Below are positions 1 through 11,800 of a DNA stretch of 64,000 nucleotides, one piece after another. A program made the translations under genes and the position numbers. Every line of letters starts with the position of its first letter. The first letter of the stretch is position 1. The notes under the pieces were generated by a model. It had not been told where the DNA came from. It was given only the letters and a program-made list of their open reading frames with translations, and ran no database searches. The DNA is taken from positions 6,572,001 through 6,636,000 of the forward strand of contig NC_135670.1 in the NCBI RefSeq assembly GCF_964188315.1, in the 5' to 3' direction. This DNA is from Podarcis muralis (Eukaryota).

Positions 1-922
1 CCACTATATATATATATAATCAAAATAAAAGCAACAACCCAATAACAACTCCCTCCCCAAAAGAAACACATTTTAAAAGAGCAGAGGGTGTTAATCAAAT
101 CAACCAAAGGCCTGGTTTAAAAGGAACATTTTTGCCTGGTGCCTAAAGGTGTATAATGAAGGTGCCAGGCGAACTTCCCTGGGGAGAGCATTCCACAAAC
201 AGGGAGCCACTGCAGAGAAGGCCCTGTTCTTGTGTTGCCATCCTCTGGACTTCTCAAGGAGGAGGCAAACGAAGAAGGGCCTCAGAAGGTGATCTCAGGG
301 TCCGGGTAGGTTCAAACGGAAAGAGGTGGTCCTGAGTTGTTTAAGGCTTTATAGGTCAAAGCACTTTGAATTGGACCCGGAAACTAATTGGTAGCCACTG
401 AAGTTGGACCAGGATCTGTGCAATATGCTCAAACCGTCTTGCTCTGGTGAACAACCTATTTGCTGAATTCTGCACTAGCGGAAGTTTCCGAACCATCTTC
501 AGAGGCAGCCCAAGCATAATGCATTGCAGTAATCTAACCGTGAGGTTACCAGAGTACAGTGGTACCTTGGGTTACATACGCTTCAGGTTACACATGCTTC
601 AGGTTACAGACTCCACTAACCCAGAAATAGTACCTCGGGTTAAGAACTTTGCTTCAGGATGAAAACAGAAATCGTGCTCCGGCGGCGCAGCGGCAGTGGG
701 AGGCCCCATTAGCTAAAGTGGTGCTTCAGGTTAAGAACAGTTTCAGGTTAAGAACGCACCTCCGGAACGAATTAAGTATGTAACCAGAGGTACCACTGTA
801 TAGAAAACAGTAGTTAGGCAATCCCTGTCCAGATAGGGGCACAGCTGGGACACCAGCCAAAGGTGATGGCCACCTGAGTCTCGAGCGACAGCAAAAGATC
901 CAGGAGTAACACCAAGCAATGT
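1..922 (-). mobile_element. Degenerate L2-clade LINE 3' part, interrupted by a MITE at 557-798
   Basis: The reverse complement of 801-922 joined to 500-556 aligns by eye to the L2 RT C-terminal region at about 7220-7400. Confidence 0.7.
557..798. mobile_element. Tc1/mariner-type MITE (family A)
   Basis: TIRs cagtggtacct/aggtaccactg with TA on both sides (555-556, 799-800). Confidence 0.85.
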
Positions 923-940
923 TTTGTGGAGTCATATAAG

Positions 941-1376
941 CAGTGCTTTCCCCAGAGTTTTTTAGGGAGGACAGAGCTGCCGGTGGGGTTGGAGGAGGCG
1001 GGCAGTGGCTGGAGGGCGGCTTCTCTGGCAGAGAAGAGGCAGAGGCTGTACATGGCACTTCTCGGCTCAGCTGGCCACTGTGCCTCCCGGCATCAGCTCG
1101 CCGCCCTCGCCCGCCTCTGTCATGCTGCGCCAAAGCAGCGCCACCCCCGGAGCCTCCTCCTGCCATGGCCACCACGGCACGAAGCAGCCAGCTGAGCCGG
1201 GAGGTGCCGCGTACAGCCTCTGCCTCTTCCCCACCGGAGGAGCCGCCCTCCAGCCACTGCCCGCCTCCTCCAACCCCACCGGCAGCGCTGTCCTCCCTAA
1301 AAAACTCTGGGAGATGGGGCTAGGCACCGGAGGGAGCTTTGCAGCATGGCACTGGATATGCTTAAGACGGCCCTGA
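941..1376 (-). mobile_element. GC-rich hAT-like MITE with an internal fold-back
   Basis: Ends in taagacggccctg, the same TIR as the copies at 37651-38035 and 43502-43870. Contains an internal inverted repeat, 951-1075 versus 1187-1311. Confidence 0.55.
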
Positions 1377-1879
1377 CCAGAGGTAACGTAGCCTCGATTC
1401 TGACCAAACTACAGCAAGTCTCCTGATGTACATTGTGTTCAAGGAGGCTTCTCCATATGAACCAGGAAGTGACCTATGTTGTTAATCCATTAGCCAGTGT
1501 GAGACCTGGATGAAGGATTGATTATGCGTCTTTGGCCCAGGGCTCTTGGGTTATGACGATCAATGGCATGTATCAAGTGATGCCTCCACATGAGGGCTCT
1601 TTGCAAAGCTTCCCTTTTTGCCTTTGATGTAAAATGAAGTTGGTGGAACATTATCCCAGTGGGGAGAAGGGAGATCAGCGTGTTGGAATGTGCAGTGCAG
1701 TTATTGTGAGAATCCAGCAACAGCTTCATTAAATACAATTTGCTCATACTCTTTATGGCTATTATTAAAGTAATTTGGTGTGTGATGCTGATGAGGCAAT
1801 TTGTTGGCAGCTAATTAAGACTTTGGGCAGGAGGGGAAAGATCCTGTGTCCCAAAACCACAGACCTGTGAGGCTTAGAG

Positions 1880-1968
1880 TATATAAGCCCATGACATGGA
1901 GAGCTTTTCCATCAGTTCCACCAGAGCTTCAGACATCTCTCAGCTTCCTGTTGCTTGGAAAAGCAGGT
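1880..1968 (+). promoter_or_regulatory. G1 TATA box, non-coding exon 1 (about 1909-1966) and splice donor
   Basis: TATATAA at 1880-1886; ccatcagttcca 29 nt later; cag|GTAAG donor at 1967; no ATG in the exon. Paralogous to the G3 promoter. Confidence 0.8.
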
Positions 1969-3258
1969 AAGAGGGCTGACTCCAGAAGGGTTTGCGAGAA
2001 CACTACTTGCCTTTTCAATGTATCTTTGTCTTCCTGTTTCCTTTCCTCTGGGTTTTTTCCCCTTTAAAATATGGATAGCATGGTGAATCTTAGAGCCGGT
2101 TAAAGTACAGAATGTGCGTCTCTCAAAAAGGGAAGGCGAATCTAAACATTAAGAGGTTTATTAGCTGTTGGCTGGATGCTTGGATGAGCTGCGGATGGGG
2201 ACACAATGGCCACCCAGATGTTGTTGGACTGAAATTCCCATCAGCCCCAGCAAGCAGGGTTGAGGATAAGGGCTGATGGGAGCTGTAGTCTAGGAATTTC
2301 TGGATGACCACAACTTCCCCATCCCTGATATAATGTCACCAGGCTGATGCTCCTGATCAGGCTCTTTCTCTACACGTCCATCACTGCCATTTGTCCAGTC
2401 TGGCTTTCCTTGGACTCCAGGGATATGTGTCTGGCACCATGCGAACAAGATACTGGATGAAATGGGTCTTTAGTCTCATCCAGCAGGGCTTTTCTTACGT
2501 TGTTCTTCTGCAAGCTGTGGGAATTGCCTGCTCTGCACCATTGCACTGCATCTAGGGACACAAAACCTGTGACTCTCCAGATGTCAGGGACTGGGGAGAG
2601 GAGGAAAGGTGGAGACCGCCTCCCCAGCCTAACCCTTCCAGAGAAGAGGAAGACAGTTCAGACAGGGGTTTGAGGGAGGTCACAGCTCAGAGGCAAATGA
2701 GAAGAAAAGCTGGGGAATAATGGGGGGGGGAGGAAGAGGAAGAACGGGGGGGGGAGAGACAGCTGGTGGACACAGTGTATTTAGAAAGCATTACAGACCA
2801 CCTTCCCCCCTTCTAGAACACGGTGAGCCTTGAAAGTAAGAGAGCAAAGAGCTCAAAGGCAGAGGGCACATAGTAGCAGATGTAGAAGTGAAGAATGAGG
2901 AAGTGGGAGAGACAGGGGAGGGGGTGAAGGTTCACCCAGGTCATCAACATTATCCAAGAGGCTGGGTTCCAAAGACTCTCTGTGAATACTGAATAATAAG
3001 CGGATGGTAAGAAACATTCATTGTCTTTGAACTTTCCTGGGCAACTGGCTGTGGGAGTTGCTGGCATCTGCCTGACACTAGATACGCATCAGCCTCCAAG
3101 TCTCACCAGTCATACCAGCACTGTTCTGGTATGAACAGTGATCAGGGAAGATGGGGGAGTAGTGGTTCACAACATCTGGAGGACTGCAGGATCTCCAAAT
3201 TTGAATTAGAGGTACTTGGATATTTCTACATAGGAAGGTCCCCATCCCTGCTTTAAAT

Positions 3259-3605
3259 GTAAAGGGACCCCCGACTGTTAGGTCCAGTCACGGATGACTC
3301 TGGGGTTGCAGCGCTCATCTCGCTTTCCTGGCCAAGGGAGCCGGGGTACAGCTTCCGGGTCATGTGGCCAGCCTGACTAAGCTGCTTCTAGCAAACCAGA
3401 ACAGCGCACGGAAACACTGTTTACCTTCCCGCCGGAGCGGTACCTATTTATCTACTTGCACTTTGACATGCTTTCGAACTGCTAGGTGAGCAGGAGCAAG
3501 GACCGAGCAACAGGAGCTCACCCCATTGCGGGGATTTGAACCGCCGACCTTCTGATTGGCATACCCTAGGCTCAGTGGTTTGGACCACAGCGCCACCCGC
3601 ATCCC
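3259..3605 (+). mobile_element. Sauria SINE in the G1 intron
   Basis: aaagggacccc...aggtccag head; ttaccttcccgccggagcggtacctatttatctacttgcac core; ccacagcgccacccgc end. Confidence 0.85.
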
Positions 3606-3800
3606 AGATATGCTTTAAGGCACAATAAAATGTAAATCTTCTTGTAGTATTATGAATACACATTGTGATAAAATTTAAACAGATTTCTTGCATTGTAAAG
3701 GTGAGGCTAAGTATCTCCCATTGGCCCCAGAACACTAAAACACTTGTCTATCTTTCTACTCCCTCCTGTGTCCTTTCAGACTCATCTCCAACACTCAGCC

Positions 3801-4277
3801 ATGGCAAACTGTGGACCATCCTGTGCTGTCCCATCTTGCGCTTCCACCCCAGTCGTCGGTTTTGGATCAGCAGGTCTTGGAGGCCTTGGAGGCCTTGGTG
3901 GCCTTGGCCTTGGCGACACCTACGGCTATGGCTCCGGCGCCCTGGTGGGATCCGGCATCCCTTCTGCTAGTCTTGGTATTCTTTCTGGTGTCGCCCCTTC
4001 ATGCATCAACCAGATCCCACCATCAGAGGTCGTGATCCAGCCACCAGCCTGCATCGTGACCATCCCAGGACCCATCCTCTCTGCTAGCTGTGAGCCAGTG
4101 GCCGTAGGAGGAAATGCTCCATGCTCCCCTGGTGGTTTGGGCAGTGGGTTCCTCGGAGCTGGTTCTCTTGGAGCCGGTGCTCTTGGAGCTGGTGGTCTTG
4201 GAGGATCTCGTTTTGGACTTGGGAGTCGCTATGGATTCGTTGGAGACAGAGGAAGCATCTGTTACCGCCCCTGCTAA
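3801..4277 (+). CDS. Corneous beta-protein (beta-keratin) G1, 158 aa
   Basis: MANCGPSCAVPSCAS start, beta-core SCINQIPPSEVVIQPPACIVTIPGPILSASCEP, Gly-rich tail ending SICYRPC. Acceptor tttcAG at 3778-3779, 21 nt before the gccATGG start. Confidence 0.96.
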   Translation: MANCGPSCAVPSCASTPVVGFGSAGLGGLGGLGGLGLGDTYGYGSGALVGSGIPSASLGILSGVAPSCINQIPPSEVVIQPPACIVTIPGPILSASCEPVAVGGNAPCSPGGLGSGFLGAGSLGAGALGAGGLGGSRFGLGSRYGFVGDRGSICYRPC

Positions 4278-4799
4278 GTAAATATGGAAGGTTTATTAGG
4301 GAAAAGAATGTGGACTGCAAAACGTTCAAGCCTGGGTTTAAGATATGCTGAGCATCCTCAATTCCTGATGAAGCCACTGGGCATTGGGGGCACCCAGCAG
4401 GCCTGAAAATCAGACCCACAACTATCTTTCATGCATCTATTTCTCATCTTAACATAATCCCCCTCTATCCCACTGTTTATGTGCTTTCCTCTCCCCTGGC
4501 TTTTATTTATTATCTGTACAGCTCTTCTGCACTCCTCCAGCAGACTAAAGAGCAAAACAACAACAACTACGGACTTTTCCCCTGGAATTAATGCCCAGTC
4601 AGTTTGGTACATCTGTGAAAATGGCAGAGGTGGGAAAAGTTTTATAAATCCCACAAATAGAACTTATCTCATTCTGGCTCAAGATTTGCAATACAGAGAC
4701 AATTTATGTATATTTCTTCAGATTTGTCCTTTTCAAAAAATAACCAACTTCTTGAGAATTTGTTCAATTATGTATCTCTCCCCCCACCCCTGGATTCCT

Positions 4800-4805
4800 A
4801 ATAAA
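4800..4805 (+). terminator. G1 polyadenylation signal
   Basis: AATAAA followed by the shared motif ctgcatcatagc. Confidence 0.75.
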
Positions 4806-6229
4806 ACTTACCCTGCATCATAGCTCTGGTCTCCTGTTCTACTTTAGCATTTAGACTCTTTTCTTCCTTAAAGATGGATTACTGTGAAGAGAATCATCTG
4901 ATGATAGAATTCCAATCAAGGCCTTCCATCTCTGGAGCATTCTTTGCAGGATTGGGGCACATTTTCAGGGAGTTCCTAGAATCCTTACATGACACGGCGT
5001 AGGTGGGGTACATTACAGAGGGGGTCTCCAACATTTCTCAGACCAATGGCACCCTCGAGGACTTTCCTGGCTCCAATGTAGCTTCTGAGTGTCCCATTCA
5101 CTGGCTCCTAGATGGTCAGGGCAGTTCTATTTGCTTTCCGGAAAAGTGCCCAGGGCTTGAGTTGGAAGACTTGACACACTCTTTCCTTTGGAATTTAATC
5201 ATTAAAGTTGGTTGAGCTTTGGTTCAGAGTAGACTTAATCACGGGAAGTTGGATCGACGCAGTCCCCTCCACTACCTGTTCAGTCTCAATCACACTTCAC
5301 AAGCATCACTTTAAAAGAATATAAAAACGCACACATAGAGATTCCATTGATAAAGAAAGCAAAAGTGATTTACAGTGGCTCAGTGTAGGGGGAAGTATGG
5401 TGTGGGAGAAGCCACAGGCTGTGTATGTTACTGCCTGTGCCATGTGCCAGCCCTTCCTCCAACCTGGGGAACTGTGGTGGTCCTATCAGCCACCCTCGGG
5501 TCTGCAGCTGCTGCTGCTATTTACTAGGTCAGCTCACGGTAAGACCACCCTTATCTATGGCTGGATTGTGGATGAGGAAACCAATCTGGGCTGTTTCACT
5601 AAGACCTGGATGTCAGGAAACTGACATCGGAGCAGAGTGGAGAGGCTAGGCTCCCCAATGATGCCGGAGAGGGAACCAGTACAGGGGTAGAGAGGGCTTC
5701 CGCTGGGGAAGAAAGCCAAGGTGACACCAGGAAGAAAGAAGGGATGGAGAGCACGTCGGAGGGGAGGCTCCGAGACTCTTCAAGTGAGGTCATTGAGGAG
5801 AGTGGAGGACCACCGGTGGGGACGCCCACTCTGCGCAGAAGGCTTCCGCGCAGAGAGGCGAGAAGGAGGCTGTCCGTGAAGGAATTTTTATGTTGGAAGA
5901 AGTTTAGGAAACGCCCACTGACGGATTCTGCCAGCGACTGAAGCAGTCGTGCCCGAGGGGGGGTGCTCAGCCAGGGAAAACGCAACAGCCTCACGCAGTT
6001 TGGAGCAGGTGGAGGTTACACACAAGCAACCCCAATTCCCATGATACTGGGTGAACTGGGTGCATCTGGTCTCACCCTGTTGTGCCCACGCGGGTATTCG
6101 GCGTAGTATCATGGTAGACTTGGCACTCAAGGAGGGGGAGTTGCTGCTGTAGTCTATAGAGATTCTCTTCTTCCCTTCCTCTCTCCCTCCCAGCTCTCTG
6201 TTCATTTTGGGTAAGATCCAGAGCATGTG

Positions 6230-7740
6230 TCCTTAGCATTGGGCAATCAAGACAGATTATGGCTTCTGCTGCTTTACTGCCCACCTCACCGACTAGCAGT
6301 CTCCCTGCCTGAGCTGATGGAGCTGGTTTCGGAGGCAGTGTTGAGGAGACCTAGACTGCTGGTTCTGGGGGACTTCAACAACCATGCCCAGCTTGGCATG
6401 GCTGCCATGACAACCATGGTTCTCCTCCAACATGTAACTGGCCCAACACATCTGGACCCTGTTTTCTCAAGTGGGCAGGAAGAGAAAAGAGAGAGAGAGA
6501 AGGGTAGATTCGTAATCTGGGGAACAGGGTTTGCGTCTCCGCTCCTCCACATGCAGCTGCTGGGTGACCTTGGGCCAGTCACACTTCTCTGAAGTCTCTC
6601 AGCCCCACTCACCTCACAGAGCGTTTGTTGTGGGAGAGGAAGGGAAAGGAGAATGCTAGCCACTTTGAGACTCCTTAGGGTAGTGATAAAGCGGGATATC
6701 AAATCCAAACTCCTCGTCCTCTTCTTCTTCTTCTTCTCAGCAGCTTTCGAGACCATTGACCATGGCAACCTTCTGGAACGACTCTCCAAACTTGGGGTGG
6801 GTGACACTGCTTTGTGCTGGTTCCAGGCCTACTTGGATGGTTGTTCCCAGAGGGTGTTGCTTGGGGAGTGCTTCTCAGCCTCATGGAACCTTCAATGTGG
6901 GGTTCTGCAGGGCTCAATCCTATCCCCCACATTGTTTAACATCTACATGAAACTGCTGGGTGGGTTTATCCAGAGGTTTGGAGTATGTTGTCAGCAGTAT
7001 GCTGATGGCACTCAGCTCTATTTCTCCTTTACATCTGCAGGGGAGGCAATGGAAGTGCTGGACCAGTGTCTTCCTTCAGTAATAGACTGGATGAGACCCA
7101 ACAAACTGAAGTCAATCCAGATAAGACTGAGGCACTGTTAGTGGGTGGTTCCCTAGACCAGATGGCTGAGAGATCACCTGCTCTTGATGGAGTTATACTT
7201 CCTCTGAAGGAGCAGGTTCATTGCTTGGAGTTACTCCTGGATCCTTTGCTGTTGCTCGAGGCTCAGGTAGCCTCAGTGGTCCAGAGTGCCTTCCATCAGC
7301 TTCAGCTGGTGGCCCAGCTATGCCGCTATCTGGACAGGGATAGCCTTACTACTGTTGTCTATGCTCTGGTAACCTCAAGGTTAGATTACTGCAATGCATT
7401 ATACATAGGGCTGCCTCTGAAGACACTTTGGAAACTTCAGCTGGTGCAGAATTCAGTGGCCAGGTTGCTCACTGAAGCAAGACAGTTTGAGCATATTACA
7501 CTGATCCTGCACTGGCTACTAGTTAATTTCTAGGCCCAATTCAAAGTGCTGGTTTTGACCTATACAGCCTTAAATGGCTCAGGACCGCAATGCTCCAAGG
7601 ACCACCTCTTTCTATATGAACCTACGTGGTACCTGCGATCATCTTCTGAGGACCTCCTTTGTGTGCCTCCTCCTTGAGAGGTCCGGAGGGTGGCAACATG
7701 AGAACGGGGCCTTCTCTGCATGTCCTTTCGTCCCAGCTGT
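6230..7740 (+). mobile_element. Degenerate L2-clade LINE ORF2 (endonuclease and RT fragments)
   Basis: Frameshifted ORFs with LLVLGDFN, SAAFETIDH, GVLQGSILSPTLFNIYM, YADGTQLY and VTSRLDYCNALY motifs. Confidence 0.85.
6500..6738 (+). mobile_element. tRNA-derived SINE inserted in the L2
   Basis: Matches the copy at 30734-30982 and ends in a (CTT)n tail. Confidence 0.75.
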
Positions 7741-9083
7741 CTTCTCAGCATATCTTCCCAAATGGATTCAAACCATGTAACCTCCTGAAAATAAAAGGTA
7801 TCCATATGAAGCTAATGGATTACAGGCCATCTACACTAGCAAAGTTTTTCTCTGGTGGTTCTGGTCAGGAGATGTGGAATACCAGTAGCTCAGAAGGAGA
7901 GACCTATTCACCAGCAGCAGTGCCAATTCACAAAGCAGTCGGCTCTGCTGACAACCTTTATAAACTGTCCCTGCAACCCCTCAGTGCAGATGTTTTCCTG
8001 AGACAACAACAGACATCACCAACTTCTGCTGTCTCTCCATCTCTACTCCCTGCGTCATTGGCCTTTGTGCCCCAAAGCACTTACAGCAGTACTATGAACA
8101 ATTGCAATGAACTGAAACATGAGGTGCTCAGTCGTGCCAAACATAAGTTGGCAAAGACAGCCTCTCTCCCACACAGAAATGGAAACTCCCACACAGAAAT
8201 TTGCTGTTGCAACAGCTGGCTATGACAAGTGCCCAGGTGGCAGAGGCCTAGCAAAGCTGTCACCAGTTAAAACCAAGTCTTCTGGCTTTATGAATGTTTC
8301 ACACACAACAGTGGACAGTGATGGTTCTAAGAGTTCTGGTTTGTGGAGTCATATAAGCAGTGCTTTTTTTAGGGGAAATGGTGGTGGGCAAGTGCCCTGC
8401 CTTGCCCCCACAACATTGGGTGCCCGGGGCATGCCAACATCACCCTGGCATGCATACATGATGTCCGTATGCCCTGTGGCATGCTGACTTCACTTGGAAG
8501 AAGAAGCTCAGATCCTTCGCCTAATGTACATTGCTTATCTGAATACTGAAATAAAGAAGAAAAGGACTATTGTCCAGGTGAAAATCACAGTAAATTCTGC
8601 AATATGTCTGAAACAAACTTGCAAGCTGTTTTCTGCCATTCCTAGCCAGTCCCCTTCATTGTTACCCTGTAGTCATACATGAATTACTTTAAAGACTGAC
8701 TTGAGATTATCATAGTTTGAAATTGCTTACGAGCATGGAAACGTTCGGAAGCAGTTAAACGAAAATCATATAAGACCACAGTCTTGTGTACTTTTTACCA
8801 TCTGCTGTTTATGTTTTTTAAACACTTGGCAAGATTCCAAAACACAGTAGTTTTTAACTAACGTGATTGGTTTTACAATTTCAAGCCAGTATTATGTTCT
8901 CAAACATAATTTTTAAGAGAAGGTGTTAAAAATGCAGAATATTCCACCCACCATCATAAGGCTCTTTGTTAAAGTCTCTACAAATGTAAAGACCTTAGGA
9001 GCAAAATCAACCATTGAGCTGAGTTCATTCCTCAACAGTGGACCTCTGGGGGAATATCTAATAGGACACCGTTATATCTGTAA

Positions 9084-9426
9084 ACCTTTGCCCTGCCTCG
9101 TTTTGAACTCCAAGGCCAAACTTGCCAGTTGTTCCTTTTATCTCTTGACTCCCTACTTTAGCATTCCAATCCCCTATAATGAGAAGAACATCCTTCTTTG
9201 GTGTCATTTCTAGAAGGTGTTGCAAGTCTTCATAGAATGTTGGGAAAGATGGAGGGCACAAGGAGAAGGGGACGACAGAGGACAAGATGGTTGGACAGTG
9301 TTCTGGAAGCTACCAGCATGAGTTTGACCAAATTTCAGGAGGCAGTGGAAGACAGGAGTGCTTGGAGTGCTCTGGTCCATGTGGTCACGAAGAGTCGGAC
9401 ACGACTAAATGACTAAACAACAACAA
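9084..9426. mobile_element. RTE-BovB LINE insertion: inverted endonuclease fragment plus 3' end
   Basis: Minus-strand FYEDLQHLLEMTPKKDVLLIIGDWNAKVGSQE; plus-strand MLGKMEGTRRRGRQRTRW...TKSRTRLND with a (caa)n tail; 10-bp TSD atatctgtaa at 9074-9083 and 9427-9436. Confidence 0.85.
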
Positions 9427-10242
9427 ATATCTGTAAGACAGCCTAGATTAGCCAGAATGGGGTTCTTCTCACATTAAGCAATAATTTAATATATTAGATA
9501 GATTTACAGGTGTGCATAGCTCTAGCAAACTATGTCCAAAGTAGTGAAATGCTACAGACTCGCGCTGAGATTCTATACGACTAAATAGCATATGTTTTCT
9601 GGAAAGGTATAATAGGAGTTTAGGTGAGTAATGCTGTGGAAAAGTGTGCTGGGGAGGACTGGTACAATGTTATGCCAATCTAGAAAGACAATATCTACGC
9701 TCCAAAAAGACTAAAATATGGGCCCATATATTGTCTCTACTAATTTCTTAGGCCTAATGTTGCTTTTTATGCCCCTGCTGGCCCAGGCAGCAGCTGGTGA
9801 TTCTACAGCAGCAGTCCAGCTGACCATTCGTGGGTCAAACCCAACTAATTTCAACTCAGAGTATACCCATTTAAAGTTCTGACCATAAAACTGCCATACA
9901 CCGTCATTCTCATGGGCTTGAATAATATTGGAGTCAACTCTAGGGGAGGTGTTCATGTATCATGTGTTTCTGACCATTCTATCAGTCAAAACACTTCTAC
10001 CTGCTCCCTGCAATGATTCCACACTCTCCACCAACCTCCACATGGTATTATGGGGGTTCTCCCGACCCTCCAGAGAAGATATGAAGGACGTGCAGTTATG
10101 AGTGGGCACAGGAGAGGGAGAAAGGCCTGTAGCACTAGTGGGAGTCCCAGTGCTGATTTCTGCTGGAATGCTGGGTTGATTGAATCCAGTCCTATGATCT
10201 TAGAAGAAAACCCAAAAACCAGTGCTATGATGCAGTGTAAAT

Positions 10243-10248
10243 TTTATT
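10243..10248 (-). terminator. G2 polyadenylation signal
   Basis: tttatt on the plus strand, with gctatgatgcag immediately upstream on the plus strand. Confidence 0.75.
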
Positions 10249-10751
10249 AGGAATGAAGAAGACAGCATTTCAGTGAACAACAAGCAGGTTTGAACAGGGC
10301 AAAATGCAAAAAGCTCTTGCGATTGAACAGCTTATTTGTTTCTGAGAGAGGTGATGTATTTAAATAATATTATTGCTCCGCTCCTTTACAGGAGGTCCCC
10401 AGTTACCCAGAAGATCTGGTGCAAATGAGTGTGCTAATTTCATCAACAGAGAGAATAATTCCTGTGCTCTTTACTCTGCTATAGGAACATATGCCTTGAA
10501 GAGCCATAGGCAAATAAATAAATAAACATCAGAGAGGAACATAAATAGTGGGACACAGTGGAGCAAGTTTAGATAGAAAGAGATGCATGAAAGATCTAGC
10601 TGGGCCTGATTCCCAGAGATGCTGAACATTCCCCCAGCTCCTATTGGTACTGACTAGGATTAGGGTGCTCATCATAGCTAAACTCAGGTGTAGCTATTCT
10701 GCTGTTTATCTGGGTCTGTTTTCTTCTCGTTAGTTGATAGTCCATGTGAAC

Positions 10752-11228
10752 TTAGCAGGGGTTGTAACAGATGCTTCCTCTGTCTCCAACGAATCCATAG
10801 TGACTCCCAAGTCCAAAACGAGATCCTCTAAGACCACCAGCTCCAAGAGCACCAGCTCCAAGAGAACCGGCTCCTAGGAACCCACTGCCCAAACCACCAG
10901 GGGAGCATGGAGCATTTCCTCCCACAGCCACGGGCTCACAGCTGGCAGAGAGGATGGGTCCTGGGATGGTCACGATGCAGGCTGGTGGTTGGATCACGAC
11001 CTCTGCTGGTGGGATCTGGTTGATGCATGAAGGGGCGACACCAGAAAGAATACCAAGACTAGCAGAAGGGATGCCGGATCCAACCAGGGCACCGGAGCCA
11101 TAGCCGTAGGTGTCGCCAAGGCCAAGGCCACCAAGGCCTCCAAGGCCTCCAAGACCTGCTGATCCAAAACCGACGACTGGGGTGGAAGCGCAAGATGGGA
11201 CAGCACAGGATGGTCCACAGTTTGCCAT
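10752..11228 (-). CDS. Corneous beta-protein G2, 158 aa
   Basis: 4 aa differences from G1 and 3 from G3. Acceptor AG at 11250-11251 (minus), 21 nt before the ATG. Confidence 0.96.
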   Translation of the reverse strand: MANCGPSCAVPSCASTPVVGFGSAGLGGLGGLGGLGLGDTYGYGSGALVGSGIPSASLGILSGVAPSCINQIPPAEVVIQPPACIVTIPGPILSASCEPVAVGGNAPCSPGGLGSGFLGAGSLGAGALGAGGLRGSRFGLGSHYGFVGDRGSICYNPC

Positions 11229-11800
11229 GGCTGAGTGATGGAGATGAGTCTGAAAGGGCATAAAAGGGAGCAGAAGCAAAATTGTAGACAAGAAGTGCTG
11301 CAATGTTCAGGAATTTGGGGAGATATGTAGCCCCATCACCATCACAATACAGAAAATCTGTTTAAATGTCATCAAAATGTGCATTTATAATCCTAAAAGA
11401 AGAAACACATCAGTACTTTATTAAAAGCAGAGATGACAACCCTTCGATGTAGAGAGGTGAGAGTTCCTATAAGTAATGTATGGAGAAGATGTGGTCCTTC
11501 AGATATTGCTGGCCCATCTCGTCCTTCATCTTGTCATCATGGTGGCCAGCCAGATGACTTTGAGAAACTCTCAAGCAGGACCTGAATGCAACAGCAAAGT
11601 CTCTTCCTGAAGTTTCTTGCCACTCCAGTGTTATTCAGAAGCACCACTGCCTTTGGCACATGGAACATAGCCAAAGAACACAGCCAACATGAGCTGGCTC
11701 ATTGGTTGCATTGCTGAGCTGCTTTACATTCTACCCAAATCTTAGCTCCTGTAATTCGAAGTGGTCAAAGCTACCAAGATGACCTGGACAAGTGAAGCTT

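Larger units (their letters stand above)
9463..11305 (-). repeat. Inverted repeat A, left arm (partner 17351-19797)
   Basis: The G2 coding exon, 3' UTR and downstream flank are the reverse complement of the G3 region; the duplicated ORF-track hits 9711-9956(-) and 18683-19075(+) confirm this. Confidence 0.92.

Noticed and set aside
726-1376. Overlapping 80-150 aa GC-rich ORFs (also 37513-38110 and 43430-44005)
   Set aside because: They arise from a GC-rich, stop-poor MITE present in three copies.
3744-3800. N-terminal extensions in the ORF track for G1 (and for G2, G3, G4, G5 and G8)
   Set aside because: They lie in intron polypyrimidine tracts upstream of the acceptor AG; the conserved M-x-x-CGPSC start is downstream.
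3811-4035. Recurrent +1-frame ORF (MDHPVLSH...) in several CBP genes
   Set aside because: It begins at a non-ATG codon and recurs only because the paralogous CDSs are near-identical; no independent evidence of dual coding.
5340-6220. Possible LINE ORF1 or host exon upstream of the L2 ORF2
   Set aside because: Short ORFs with no motif I can name; not enough support to call.
6227-7533. RT and endonuclease ORFs as a functional gene
   Set aside because: Frameshifts, large deletions, a SINE insertion and a mutated YADD (YADG) indicate a dead L2.
923-8366. Exact ~27-bp match tttgtggagtcatataagcagtgcttt at about 923-949 and 8340-8366
   Set aside because: The flanks do not extend and both sit at TE edges; most likely part of a repeat family.
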